Positions 50,560 to 64,000 of a stretch of 64,000 nucleotides of DNA are shown here, in pieces. This stretch comes from Psilocybe cubensis (Eukaryota). The notes below the pieces were generated by a model, which saw only the letters and a list, made by a program, of their open reading frames with translations, did not search any database and had not been told where the DNA came from. Made by a program: the position numbers and the translations under genes. Position 1 is the first letter of the stretch; each line of letters starts with the position of its first letter. Location: the NCBI GenBank assembly GCA_017499595.2, contig CM039004.1, positions 248,001-312,000 of the forward strand. Direction: 5' to 3'.

Positions 50560-53500
50560 TATTGCCTGAGCTCTCAGGCCTCGGTGGCTCAGCCGCCTAA
50601 CCAATATAATATAGGCACCTCTCTACTTCGTATTTGAAAGGTTCGTGAGATCACAGAAAGCAACGCATGATAGGATAAAAACGCAACGTATTGCACACAA
50701 CCTCAGAGTGTGTTTCCGATTGCACAGAGTAATTTGTGAATGTGTATTTTGATTCTCAGGAGTCAGGTTACATATGCCTGGAAAAAATAATGAATAGGGC
50801 AGGATGGAGGCGACGTCAAATGTTGGGGTGCCCAATATGTGAAGGAGAATGAGCGTGACTTTGAGTTTGAGATTGGGGAGCGTCTAATGTAGTGAGTAAT
50901 TTATATGTGAAGAGGAAGGAATGAGACTTGTTGGAATCAAGTTAAATGATGTTGACAAAATAAAATATATCTCAAAACGATAAAACATTGCAAGTTATCA
51001 ATAGAATCTATTTATTGAGTGCTAATCTGATCACAATCCTACCAAACACCTCTATCTGACTAAATTTTGTCTCGTATCGCGGACGGTGTGCGCGGTATTC
51101 CCACGCACCCGGCCATCGATATCGCGGTAGTATAAGCCGGAAGAAACAAGGTGAGCGCTGACGCATCACCTTTGACCCTCGATGTCTCCCTCGTTCCCTA
51201 CAGTCGCTGCAGCCCGCGCTGAAGCGCATCTCACACCTGTGAAAAGTGTCAAGGTACTTGTCAGATTGTTTACTTGTGAGGGAACAGAACACTTACGGTA
51301 TTGTTTTTTATCTTATCTTGGGCTCGTGAGTCGTGCACCCGCCTCCGTCGCCATCTAGCTAACAGCTAGATTGACGAACCGGAACCCCTTTTCCTTCCTC
51401 CTCTTGCGTTCACGTGTGACGCTGACACCAAGGCCCCCCATACAACTGGGGACGTGGCCTTGTAACTGGGAGGTGTTCGGGGCCGGCTGCTTCGGCGAAA
51501 TGGACTCGTCCGTCCATATACCTGCGTTGGTATGTGGCACTTCCTCTTCGAGGGATTCATATGCCCTGGGTGGCCACTCCAGGGCATTGTTCAGTCCATA
51601 TAGACTGCTATGGGAAACGTCTCGTCAGAATCATTCATTCTAAAGGACAAAAAGATTCAATGACGACATACCTATATGTTGAATCTCTGAGATCCCTCTG
51701 GACCCCGCTGTTTTTTATGTTGAAAATTCTGGTCAACGACTACTGCTGGAGAAGGAGCAGGTACACATACCTTCCATGTGCGTTTCGCTCACTGTGATCG
51801 TGCTCTACAGGGTGATCCCTGGAGCATTGATCCTCGACGGGTTGCTGTTCGCCTGTGGATATCGTATTGTGAATTCCCAAACCTTCTCCAATAGTATCTG
51901 GGACTACATCAAAGAAAAGAATAGCAGGAATCATGAGTAAATACTAGGGCCAAAATTACTGTATTTCAGGACATACAGGTTTGGTAGTCGTTTGTATATT
52001 CATTACTTGAGTTTTGAAAGGAGGCCTGCGGCGTGAAATGCCGACTGTTATCGCACCTAGTTTTGACCTCATTAACAGTCGCTTTTGATATGCAACCCAT
52101 GCTTACAATATTGAGGGGCCTGGTGTCGAGCCCAAAGTTTCGCCTGTGGCGGGGAACGCCAAAGCTTCCATAAAGGAAGACGGATAATCGCCCCTAAATA
52201 CCGGGGCGCGGTTTGTTGGCCACAATGAGTCCTGTGGCAAAGGGTCCCACCCCAATTCAGTGTGTGCCGGGGGGGACGCACGAGTGCTCGCTGATGGTTG
52301 TGATCAGTTATGCGCATAATTAATAATAAAAGAGTTGTGAAACCAGCTCACCTCGCCAGCTATTCTGCCCTAATAGCCCTTCTTCCGTGTATGGATAAGG
52401 AGGGTACCATGGATCAAATAACTGTCCCTCTCCTTCAATCGCACCGGGATGGAATGTGGGGGCATAAGTCGATGATCTTGTCGTAGGTGGATAGGGCGCT
52501 AAAATCGGTATTCAGTTGGACATCTCTTGCTAGTATATTCAACTCAAAAGACTTACAGACAGGCTTCTCACCAACACTTTGACGGTCAAACCCGGATAAA
52601 GACGTGGATATTGGGAAATACGAGTCGGATAATGCTTCCACTGTACTTGGACCACGTTGAAATTGATGTAGAGCTGTATTATCGTCCGAATTCTGTGCCA
52701 GAAACTGGTCGAGGAGTGATTCTGGTGCTACTATGACATGAAGAATCGATCAACATCAAGTGTTTGTCCCCCAAGAAACGTGCGCGATACTCACACTCCG
52801 ATTCAAACATGGAGGAAAAGTATCCAGGCAGAAAGGTGTTGGAAGGGATGACAAAGGATTCTTCTTGGTACTGGGCCATTGGGATAAGCGCAAAGGAGGA
52901 TGGTGCGATAGGGCAGAGAGAGAACGGTGTGAGCAGGGAAGGAACGGAATTTTCCCCTCAAAACATAGGAATCGAGTGGCGACACACACAAAGAAATCCA
53001 AGGCTCATTAACCAGTGCCGAGTCTCGATCTTCTGACTCACTATTTGGTCGTGTATCAGCGCTGCAACTGTCAAAATCACCTTTTCTCCCACACATACAC
53101 ACAATGAGGCAGTATAATTCCTCTTATTTTCCGCCACTCGTATTGGAAACATCACAATGGAACCTCATGGCAAGCAACATAGCCCTTCTTTTAACCTTGT
53201 GGCCGAGTAGTCTGTCTGCTGTTTTTGGGCCTCGATATTTCTTGCCAACAGATTATGTGTATAATAGATAACATAAAGTAAGTGGTATTGCATCGCGAGT
53301 GTGTATGCTAGGTCTGTTGAGTCCCATCCATTACTATCGCAAATGCTCAGGGACTATGCCTAAACGAGCAGAAGAAGATTTGCTTCTCGGCAATGGCGTC
53401 CCATTGTTCTGCTATCGTGTGTGAAAAAAAGACCGGTACAGGATCATCCTCACAAGGACCTGCTACCGACTGCCTTCCTACTCACTCAAAGATACTAAAA

Positions 53501-54505
53501 TTTCATTGTACAATGTCACTCTGTATCACTGCGTCTGCGGAAAGTACAGAATGTAGAAAGTGCACTATAATACATCTCCACAGGTTAGGTCAATCCGTCT
53601 TATCTGATTTTTCGGGTTGACACGGGTATCAGGTGTCAGACGGTGCTTATAAGAATGTCATACAGAGGATATTCGTTCCAGACACACACATATATAATCG
53701 GCGTCTCAACAGCTTCACAATTTCTTTATATCTTGTTTAAACATAGATTGCATGCCGTCATTGAATTCGCATATGTGCGTCTATTAAATATTTTGAGCGT
53801 GGGCCTCTTCACGGTGTCCCGAGTGCAACAACACACACACACACACACACACACACATTGGTACGAAGATCATCACATTCCCACTACTTTCTGCAAGTAT
53901 TTTAAAGCTGAAAGTGTATCCATGATGTTCAATAGTTCACAATCAGGCAGGTCAACCTAGGATTTTCATTTTCCTTGCCCAGCTGGCCTCTGTGCTATTA
54001 ATACTGCACACTACTCAGTTTGATCCGTCGTCCTCCCGGTATATTTTAGGCATCCAGACGCTCCAGGGAGGTTTCGACGCTGGCATCAGCCAGCATGAAC
54101 CAGAGCGAGACACCATAGCCGAGTTGTCTGAATGTGTGCTCTGAACATGTGCCTGTGCAGGCGCTTTAAGCTCCGGTTTACATAATACAATTTTGGTTCT
54201 CAGCACGGGTTATTCCGATTAGGTTATTTTGTGAGGGGCAAATGCAATGTCAGCCGCATCCTCCATGTCCAGCAAGAACACTCACCTCACTGGAACGAAT
54301 GCAGCTTATTGATAGTTTCATTGTTTACTTACCTTTCAATGACACGTCGTGTTTCACTAGCGTATACGAATTGCAAGGCTTGGTGCCGCTGTGAATGTAT
54401 TGACCTTCAGACCAGTAGGCGTGGAACAGGACGGCCCTTACATTTACGTTTGGTTAGCATGGTTTTCTTTCCTCGACAGGATATGATATACTTGCGCTGG
54501 AAACT
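50560..54505. repeat. Duplicated unit copy D
   Basis: Collinear with copies A and C; more diverged at the left edge; (CA)n tract at about 53830-53857. Confidence 0.88.
51355..52879 (-). CDS. Orphan spliced gene, copy D
   Basis: MAQYQEESFVIPSNTFLPGYFSSMFESE...VSVTRERKRRKEKGFRFVNLAVS*; micro-exon is 36 nt; a deletion near 52085 needs a new acceptor (ATAACAG) that would restore the frame. Confidence 0.6.
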
Positions 54506-55086
54506 GCTACTAGCAGTTGCACCTAGTAGGTGCAGAGCACTAACAAAATTAGATTTACTATGTATAGGCAATGTAATTTAAATTATCATACCAATGCGTT
54601 AGAATTGATAAATGGATAACACTCAAGAATAACGACTAAGTAACTCAATAATTGATGTAGATTCCATCATTGGTTCTGTGACGATTGTTAGGTACACAGT
54701 TGCAAACAATACTTTATTAAGCATTGCTCGCGAAAGCCGCACCAAAGTAATCATCGCAGACACAATGATGGAGTAAAACTCAATGTCACGAGCTAATGAT
54801 TATAATGATTACATCTGAAATTTTGCACCAGGATAATCCATCGCAACGCGTCACATAGGAGCATCATAACGGGGAAACAGCAATACCATTCTCATTTCTG
54901 GCGAGGCTTGTTTTATTCAAAATTCAGATTGACGCACGGACCATCCCTCAGATGTCTGGATTGACACGTGAGATTCGGGTAGATAAGATAATGGTCGTTC
55001 CATTTATATTTTACTCTTTGATCTCAAGAAGCCTCCCCAATTGATGCTCAATGATTGAATTTACCACCAACTGCCAATGTTTACAT

Positions 55087-55160
55087 GGCCGACTAGCTCA
55101 GTTGGTTAGAGCGTCGTGCTAATAACGCGAAGGTCTTGGGTTCGATCCCCACGTTGGCCA
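55087..55160 (+). tRNA. tRNA-Ile(AAT)
   Basis: GGCCGAC/GTTGGCC acceptor, TAGCTCAGTTGGTTAGAGC D-arm, TCGTG-CT AAT AA-CGCGA anticodon arm, GGGTTCGATCCC T-arm, downstream T-run. Confidence 0.95.
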
Positions 55161-55841
55161 CTGTTCTTTTTCAATTTTTACTCTGGATGTTCTGAGCAAT
55201 CTTGAGACCTCCACACGCTTTATGAAATGCTCACATCATTCATCGTTCTTTTTCAATGATTATCAACGAACCCGCGCCGAGAGACCCTTTTAGCGATACA
55301 GCTCCACTCTTTCCAAAAACGCACTCAAGGTACTGCAAGAAAGTACTAGTATCTTTCTGCCGTGGTAGTTTGGCAACTAATAATAACAAAAATCTGGATG
55401 CCGGTCGGTTTACGTTGCAAATTGTATATATGGCTGACATTGCAAGTTGTTTCTCAAATGTTGAGCACATCAAAAATATCCCCGTTCTTACTTATTGAAC
55501 TACCCATTGCTGCCCTTTTTAAGCTCCTTCACATGGTCCTGGTGATCCAATCGTTCGCAGATTGTCATAAGAACGATCGACAGATAAAAGCAATTTAGAT
55601 TGAAAATTCGAATCCCTCTCAAAAAGCCATTTTGTTCAGGTGAGCGTAAGAAGTCATTGAGTAATCAATGAGAATCATGAACTAAATGCGGAGATAGGTT
55701 TTACGCTCCCGACGAAGAAGCGGCGTAGACGAGTCAGAGTCACATCACGGGTGTTGACACTGTTGATCACCAATCGGTTTCACCACAGACGTTTTCGGTA
55801 CTTGACAAGGTTAAAAAGGAAGAAAAAAGGTTTCTTCCCCA

Positions 55842-58800
55842 ATGTCCAGTTCATCTCCCAATCGACCTTCGCCTGAAACTGATAAACCTATCGTGAAACG
55901 CGCCCCTGGAGCGTGTGCGGAGTGTAGACGCAAAAGGGGTGAGTACTGAGTACCGGCTCAAAGAAAAGCACGCGCTTTGATCATCAGTTTTGACTTTGTT
56001 TTAGTCAGATGTAAGCATGCGGATTGAAGTAGGCCATTTGGAGGTCTTATGTTAACGGTTTCTTAGGCGATAAGGCTACACGAGCTGGTTCTAAATGTAC
56101 GAATTGCGCTATTGCGGACGTTGAATGTGTTTCTGTTGCATCTCAGGTAGGGTTTTCGTTCGATCTACTTCTTGAATGCTTCGACGTTTAATTCAAATGA
56201 ATCTTTCTGTAGAAACCACTGCTACAAAGACAACGAGAGTATGTGGAGGAACAAGCCTGTCTATCACCTCTCGCTCATAATTGTCTCCAAGATATATCCG
56301 CATATTGGAAACAAGAGTTAACAGGCTAGAAAATTACATACAAGCTGTGAGTAACCTCTTCTCATCTCATTGATACACTGGGAACCAAACTCTCGCCCTT
56401 TCAAGCTTTTTCCAGGAGAAGATATTGAAACAGTCATCAGCAAGCCGCCACCCACCGATAAAGATCGTGTTGCTTCTCATAGCTCGTCTCCTCTGGTCAA
56501 AGAATCTCTGGTTAAGAAAGATCATGTAAGTGGAGGTGATCCTCCAGAGTCTTTAGGCTTGGCCGATGAAGAAGACATCGAGCATGTCGCTCTTGTCAAG
56601 CAACTTGGGTCTTTGAATTTGACTCCAAGCGTCATATATCGATTCTTTGGAGCTGCCAGCCCGTTCATGGCAGCGAAGCAAGCTGCTACTTTGAAAAGTA
56701 TGCATACTGGCATACCTGATACAGGAGTCCACCCCAAAAATTACAGAAGACCGTTGTACTGGGGTATGAGCTCTGTACGTTGTATTTTCTCAACAGTCAA
56801 TCACAATGTGATTTGCTAACTACTTTTGTGTAGTGGGAATCTGAATGGGTAACATCACCTCCAGCACCTTATATTTACCCAGATTTCGATCTCATGCTCG
56901 ACTTAGTCCAAATCTACTTTCAAAAAACTAACAGTCTCTTCCCTATTATTCACGAACCGACGTTCATGAAAGGCATTATGTCTGGTAAACACTACGGGGA
57001 CCAATCGTTTGGCATGACAGTCCTTCTAGTCTGCGCGAATGGGGCAAGATACTCCAAGGATCCTCGAGTTATTTTCGCACCAGATGCGGCGGGCTCGGAG
57101 TTTTCTGCAGGCTGGCACTATTTCTCCCAGGTACCGTTCCATCGACGGATCATGCTGTATACCCCTACTGTGTACGATCTGCAGTACTATGCCGTGAGTC
57201 ATTTTCATGCTGGCGATCGGTGATGGAACTCATCCTGCGTGCAGTTGGCTGCCGTCTACCTCACTGGCTCGTCCATGTGCCCCGTGAGCTGCAACCTCGT
57301 CGGGATAGGGCTACGATACGCCATTGAGATGGGTGCACACCGTCGAAACGGCCAGGATCGCCCCACGGCAGATACGGAGCATATGAAACGCGCGTTTTGG
57401 TCAGCATGTAATTTATGATACCTTTTTGTGACTTCGCTGAACATCAAATAGGGCGCTTTTCTGCTTGGACTCTATAGATAGCTCGTTCTACGGTCGGCCA
57501 TCGGGCATCTCGCATGAATCGTGAGTACATCTCTTCCATGCGCCATTATGTTGTCATCCTCTGATTATGCCAAGTATTGATATCGAATATCCCGTTGAGT
57601 GTGACGATGAGTATTGGGAGCATCCGAACCCCGCGAAGGCGTTCAAACAGCCAGCAGGGATACCGTGTAAAATTTCAAGCTTTATTCATCTAATCAAGTT
57701 GTGCGAGGTTCTTGGATTTGCGTCGAGAACATTGTACTCCACGTATAAATCGAAATTGCTATCGGGATATCTGGGGGGTGACTGGGAGATACGCATGGTA
57801 GCCGAAATTGACTCGTCGCTCAACAAGTGGAAGCTGTCACTACCGGCGCATTGTAAGAACCTTGACAATTTTTTCCGTCTTCTTTCTAATCAATTCCTAT
57901 TACTTCAGTGGTCTGGGACCCCCACCGGGAGGATATGTTGCATTTCCAACAATCGGCCCATTTACACTACTTGCTTGCCTACATACAGATCCAGTCTCAC
58001 CGTCTCTTTTTGACAAGACAATCATCCCTGTCGTTTGCGTCTCTCGCAATGTGTACGAGCGCTGCAAGGTCATGTGGCCATATTCAAGAAGCTGCTATCG
58101 CGAGAGATCTCCGAATTCTCCCACAGACCATCGTTCGTCAAGATCACCCCTTCAAGATCGTCTGCCACTGATTTACGTTATTTTTGTAGTATATTGCATT
58201 CACGGCAGGTATTATCACAGTTCTTTGCCTGTGGGGTAGTCATCGGCCAGGATACGTGGGTGATACCCAAAAAGAGATGGATAACCTTTTAAGATGTGTA
58301 AAAGTTCTGAAGGAGTGCGAGAAAATGTAAATTATTCTGTTCTCGTATGCTGTTACCAGAACTGATCAGTTATACCTTTAGTTGGCATAGCGCAGGACCA
58401 TTACGGCGAGTGACATCCTCCGTTGTAAGATACATAGTTTGTAATGTCCCAAATTCCTGTTAGCGACCTTCTCTGCGAGGCCGGTGCCCTTAGTCTTAAC
58501 GACCCAACAGGTGAAACCCCAGAATTCTCAATAGAGAATGCCACACTGGCACAGCAGGCGCCGGACGTCTTTGAACAGAGCCCATTCTCCGTTCCTACTA
58601 CCGAAGATACCTCCTGGAGCGATGGATCATGGGATCTATACAAGTTGTACCTCGCAGAGATGGGTCATCGAGGCAACCAACCTGGTATACACAATACCGC
58701 ACCATCTGTTCCTCAAGCCCCCATCCAGCAACTAGGCCAGCCGCCATCGATCAATGATACTACATACACCTTCTGGTCTGATACCTCGACGGCGTACAAC

Positions 58801-58970
58801 TGGTAAGTCGGATTGTCTGATATTGTCGTTCTGCTTGTTTTGAGCACACTGTGACATCCTTTGGCAGCTTCGAGGAATGGGATAGATATATTCAAAGTAT
58901 GGGACAACTCGAGTGGTACGTGTGTTTAAACGTTCCCTTGATTGTAAGTTCATATAGCTCTTTAGATGAT
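55842..58970 (+). CDS. Zn(II)2Cys6 transcription factor with fungal-specific TF domain
   Basis: KRAPGACAECRRKRVRCDKATRAGSKCTNCAIADVEC (with a 6-nt micro-exon at 56005-56010); FFGAAS, FPIIHEPTF, GARYSKDPRV, EMGAHRR...KRAFW, DIEYPVECDDEYWEHP, MCTSAARSC; 3' end approximate. Confidence 0.9.
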
Positions 58971-59133
58971 TGGTTTATATGATTGCATTTGATGTAATGG
59001 GGTCGTATTGGAGGATAACGTATATGAGACTATTGTGCGGATGTCACTACTTGGAGATTTAAACTGTGAATGATATGAAGCGCAAAAAATGTTTTCGTAC
59101 CGAGCTATAAGTCAGTCTGTGATTCTCCTCGAA

Positions 59134-59448
59134 CTAGGACATGTTCCAAATACCGCTTCCATCCAAATCACCTGGAGGGTATATAGGCAGGTCGAGTGTT
59201 CCGCTGATGGTGGGTCCATTATCTATCTCCATAGAAATCGTGCTCGGGCCCACGAAACCCTTCACTTGACGCGTTGCTGTGAGATCGTCCTTTGAATTAT
59301 ATGTAAGTGTGGCATTGTAGCAAGTAAATAGTTTGGTTGTGGCGCTCAATCTTCCGATGAAATGGTAGATGACACCATCTACAAGGAAAGACGATGTAAA
59401 AACATCAGCGCCAGTACTTCTGATAAAGCCAAGCGAGGTGAGTGGCAT
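59134..59448 (-). CDS. Small beta-rich hypothetical protein (104 aa)
   Basis: Intronless ATG-TAG ORF with alternating hydrophobic/Gly pattern (FLVDGVIYHFIG, LTYNSKDDL, DNGPTISGTLDLP, GSGIW); no signal peptide. Confidence 0.65.
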   Translation of the reverse strand: MPLTSLGFIRSTGADVFTSSFLVDGVIYHFIGRLSATTKLFTCYNATLTYNSKDDLTATRQVKGFVGPSTISMEIDNGPTISGTLDLPIYPPGDLDGSGIWNMS

Positions 59449-60595
59449 GGCATAGATCGATCTGTAAGAATTGTATTGGAACGTTAAACTTTGAAGTTTC
59501 TGAAGACAGTTGAAAGGTACATACGGTGTTGATCAAGACTATGATGAAGTTTGACAACAAGTTAGGACGCTTTTTTAAGATCTAGAGGGCTCGTTTCTTA
59601 CTTATCAGTCCCGTATTAGAAGTCGGCATCAATCGGCATTAATTTTGAAAGAGGCAGTGTATTTCCGACTGGTCAGGTCATGCGATTGCGATCAACAGGC
59701 AGTTACAGTGCAAATTACATTCCCGGTATCTCATTAAAACTCCGAATACTCACCTTGAGCCATTTCTTTTGATTCCTCTAGACTTGTACATATATGATAT
59801 AAGACGTAAGTTTTGATTCACTTAAAGGTATTGGTTGATAGCTGAAGTTAAGGCAAGGATATTAAATAGAGTTCCAGTCACTCTCTGCCGTTGGCAAGTC
59901 GGCCATTCCAGGTGAATGTTCTCACCAGAAAGGGGCGGGAAAGGAATTATATTTATACGAGTTCACGCAACAATGCAGGTCTACTTGATAGTTTTAAAAT
60001 ATGGGACGAGTTGATGGTACCATGAGATGTAGTTAACCCAACATGCTTCAACAGTCGCGTCCATTGCAGTCGAACACCTGAATTCTCTCGGTCTCGGCTC
60101 CACCGTCTTGGCGTTAAAAGTGGACTGCCAGCTAAACAGTGCCGGAAAATTCCGGGTTGTCTGTTTACCAATTTCAACATGTCGAACCTCCTTTCTTCTT
60201 ATTGCCCTCACTGCAGGTAAAAAATCTATGGCCTCTTATGCGACAGCAATAAGCCCCCGGTCGTCGATATTCTTCTCAATACGTTGCACCTCTATCTTCT
60301 CTCGTGGCGTCCCTGGAATTGATAATTGCAACACGGCAAATAGGGAATATTTCCCATCCTTTCCTTTATTCTGCACACCTCAATCCACACGTCATCTTTC
60401 TTCGAACTGCACGACACTGATCATTTGCAATATCAACAAATTCAAGCTTTTGACGTCTTGATGGTTAATGCAGGATACATCGCAGGCAAAAATTCTATTT
60501 TAATAACCATGTTATATTGGACCACTGATAGTTCGTTACAATCTATGCCAATTTCAGAGCCTCCATTTATGCGCTGGTGAGGTATGTACATCTTT

Positions 60596-62231
60596 TTATA
60601 TATGTGGTATAAATGTCGTCCAACTGACTATCGAAAATGCACTTGAAGGTAGGTCCCTTAGGGTGATCAAGGACTCCGTGATCAGTATAGCTCGCGCTAA
60701 ACCATACATCGGAAGGAGGACAGCAAACATGAAAGGGGATATGTGAACGCGTATGAAGCCTTTCCAGCCGCGCTTATACGGATCGGTAGGTGCCTTTAAT
60801 ACACCGTCTACACTGAATACGACCACAAGGAAAGATGCCGGAATGCATGTTATCAACAACGATGCTACACGCCACAGTATAAGCTCCACAGACGACGGGA
60901 ATCTGAATGACCATGCAGCACAATGGATGGATCCAAAGACAACCCCTATGATCGACACGACAAGGTTAACGTGCATATCGTAGTCTCCCAATATCGCGTA
61001 GAATTTTGGGACCTTTTTTATCCCTTCTGCTTCCGGGCCCTTTCGGTGTTGGAAGTGATGAAATTCTGGAAAGTTCTCGCTCATGTTATGAAGACACTTG
61101 GAGACATACATGAGTGCCGCAATGGGCCAGGACACAAGTTTTCGAAGCACGTTCCTGCTAAAGACTGGCTGGCGCACTCTGGCCATATCTTCTGTGTCTG
61201 AGAACTTTCCTGGGTTTTGAAACGTCAGGTCGAGGTGCACGGTTCACAAAAATGTGTGCATCACCTTGATGTGACTTCTCTTTCGTAATCACTGTCTCGT
61301 TTATCTGGATCGTCAAATATTCCGACATGGGATCTGTTCGGAGTTCTCGACGTTAATTCGTCATTTCAGGCTGCAGAGAACGTACCTTCCTTCCCCGGTT
61401 CGTCTGTTGGCTTCAAAAGATATACCGGGACCGATGTACGGACATCGTACGGCTTGTTCCACCAGAAGAAGTAGACAGTGGCATTAATCGCAGCGAATGC
61501 TAAGCTGGAAATCTCGAGTTTGGTCGTACCCAATCCTTGCACTTTCCGGGTAATGACCTGCAGAATAAACCATGTGGTCTGACCTATGACGAGAAATTTG
61601 GCCAGTCCGTCACTCTTGCTACGATCTTCAATCTCTTTCACGGAGATATCTGGAAACCTGACTTTGCCTTCTCGGAGGAGATGGCTAAGGTGCTTATGAG
61701 ACAAAACACCCATCGGCCTTTGACCGTCGAAGAGTGTAAATCCACCCATTTGAAGGAAATGCGCATGGGTTAAAGTCCAGCCGTGGTCCACGTACACAGA
61801 ATCGATGTTGTCTAATGTGCTCGGTGGTAAGTGCTACTCTGCAATCAATTATATTAATCCAATTCTAACGTACTGATATCCTTTAAATGGAGCAAAGTCC
61901 GTGCTCCAAACCATTGCCTTGCTGCCCACAGAATCATCATTTCCGGCGTTACGATCGTCCAAAGCATATACTCCAGCCTCCTGAAAGTCGACCTCCACCA
62001 TCCCTCACCGGGCTCCGGGATGTCGGGATGGACTGCTACCCAGGAGCATGCGAATATTGTTGCGAAGCAGCTCCAGATGATATCCCATATCGATCGTTGA
62101 TCTTGACATGCGCATGTCACAGAGGCAGATGTTGTATCCCTCAACGTGAGTTCCCTTGCATGAGCTTGAAGAGGGAAAGCTTTTGTAGGGTCTCTTGATA
62201 GGTACGATACAAGAAGTATAAAGAATATCAT
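60596..62231 (-). CDS. Uncharacterised fungal multi-pass membrane protein
   Basis: RSIWDIIWSCFATIFACSWVAVHPDIP, WTLTHAHFLQMGGF, IEDRSKSDGLAK..QTTWF, FFWWNKPYDV, FGSIHCAAWSFRFPS..E..LWR, VSWTTFIPHI*; several hydrophobic helices over three ORFs separated by introns. Confidence 0.82.
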
Positions 62232-63228
62232 GGGGTCGCTTTACAGTGCTACTCGATGCCGATATGTGTTATAAAGAGATGGACATTCCCCCGAGTGACA
62301 TGGCATGTCATCACCCTTAACATAGATTTTCTTCAGACCCTATCTATGTCATGACGTACAAATCAGAACTCATATTTGCAAATTATAAAGCTAGTCGTTG
62401 TCGGCGAGCAATCCTCTCTCCTGGAATAACTCGAAAACAATAAAAATATGTGGAATAAGGTAGTCAATATCTTATTGCTGGTCCGATGAGAGGTAAGGTC
62501 ACTGGAAGACACAGCGCAAAGGCTCTTGCAGACGGGCGCTTCTCTCCCATTTTCAACTGCGCTTGGAGCATCAAATGAACGTGAGATTCGGCCTGGTGGG
62601 AGAAAACCTGTTTATGAATATGAAAAGTGATCACGGGTGTTCAAAGTGATGTAACACTAGATAAGGATTAATGAAAGAAGTACGTGTGGCGAGAACGAGG
62701 GGCGGTCACTATTTGCATACTACTTGGGACAGCAACATAAATATCCAGCGCCCCGCCCACGTCTAAAATTTATTGGGACCCCGTCTTCTGGTTCGGTATA
62801 CGACAGACAGACCTACGAGCTTCACCATGACGCAACTAGGGCTTGAGTGGGATGCTCTGTGAAATAGACGATCCAATATTCACCTTCAATTCCGCTGATA
62901 TGCGCCAAGTACTCATTGAGGCTGTTACATGCCTGGACCTATCATAAAAGGTTTGTCCCGGAAAGAATAGAAAGTTTCATACTAAATCGTCCTTGCAATC
63001 TTTTGAAATAAGGGAAAGGATTTGGCGTTTGACCTAGCCTGCGGGGGAATCTCAACTTGGGCCATTTAGCGGCTTTGAGTCTGATTTCCGTCAGCCTTTG
63101 GATTCTTCCAATATTTATATCAGACCGTCAGAAATCTTCATTCACCTGGATACAATACTTTGGTATTTCTTCGTTCAATTTTCCTACCATACAACAAACT
63201 TCGTTATTCAACACTATTTTCTGACCCG

Positions 63229-64000
63229 ATGCGCTTACTCAGCAGTCTCATCGGACTTTCGTATACCCTTGGCGCCTTTTCTAGTGTCATTCTAGATGGG
63301 AGGGATGGGGCGCGAGACGAAGATGCGGGTGCCATTGGGCCGGATGCCGATCTGTATATCGGAAACAAAGCCATTTCTCCAGACGGGTTTACGAGATCGT
63401 GAGTAACTGTACTCCCCAAATGTTGATGGTTTTGACAATTTCTGAAGTGCCGTGCTGGCGGGATCATCAATGGACTCTCTTTCGTTCCCGGGGCCTGTCA
63501 TCACTGCTACTAAGGTATTCCGAACCATACAACGATAACGAGTTCGTGCCTGATTATTCCTACAGGGAGATACCTTTCATTTGAATGTGATCGATGAGCT
63601 CAAAGACCCGTCGATGATGATGAGTACCAGTGTGGTAAGCATGTGTAAGCCCTTTTGTCACTCAGTAATGAACTCTGCATCCATAGCATTGGCATGGCTT
63701 CTTTCAAAAACGGAGCAGCTGGGCCGATGGCGTATCTGGTGTAACCCAATGTCCGATTGCTCCTGGACACTCCTTCATGTACGAGTTCAGTACGGGAGAC
63801 CAGACGGGTACCTATTGGTACCATTCTCATTTTTGTTCGTCTCAATCACCTTCATCACATTATAAACACCTGAATAGTCGTAAATTATCTAATTCAGCGA
63901 CCCAATACTGCGACGGCCTCCGTGGGGCTATCGTAGTTTATGACCCAGAGGATCCTCATAAAGATCTGTGCGTGGTTATTTGCGGTAGCGTTGGACATTA
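63229..64000 (+). CDS. Laccase (multicopper oxidase, AA1), 5' part; truncated by the window end
   Basis: Signal peptide, [41 protein letters not shown], copper motifs HWHGFFQ...WADG...VTQCPI and [17 protein letters not shown]. Confidence 0.95.

Noticed and set aside
14401-54505. The four-copy unit as a Helitron or other transposon
   Set aside because: No shared discrete termini, TSDs, TIRs or Rep/helicase coding seen; neighbouring genes are co-duplicated in order, which fits segmental duplication better.
59953-60461. Possible minus-strand gene remnant
   Set aside because: In-frame stops and no identifiable family.

Overview
Eukaryotic, intron-rich DNA of a basidiomycete fungus (agaricomycete-type gene families, short GT-AG introns and micro-exons; taxon is inferred). 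The flanks are ordinary genes: GLTP/HET-C2, two Zn2Cys6 transcription factors, a class-3 lipase, two F-box-like genes, two tRNAs, a membrane protein and the start of a laccase. The centre (about 12-54.5 kb) is a rearranged tandem duplication with reciprocal deletions. It holds four copies of an unrecognised spliced orphan gene plus fragments of lipase, F-box and GH43-CBM6-CBM1 genes. One copy carries two insertions: a 1.3-kb near-perfect palindromic (foldback) element, and a 13.7-kb five-gene KDZ-family (CxC2) DNA transposon. The transposon's exact ends can be read because an 8-bp target duplication is present and two empty sites lie in paralogous copies in the same window. It lacks ordinary terminal inverted repeats. 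Instead it has an offset subterminal inverted repeat and oppositely oriented arrays of a 9-bp motif. All calls come from reading the sequence by eye; no database searches were run, and spliced gene boundaries are manual estimates.
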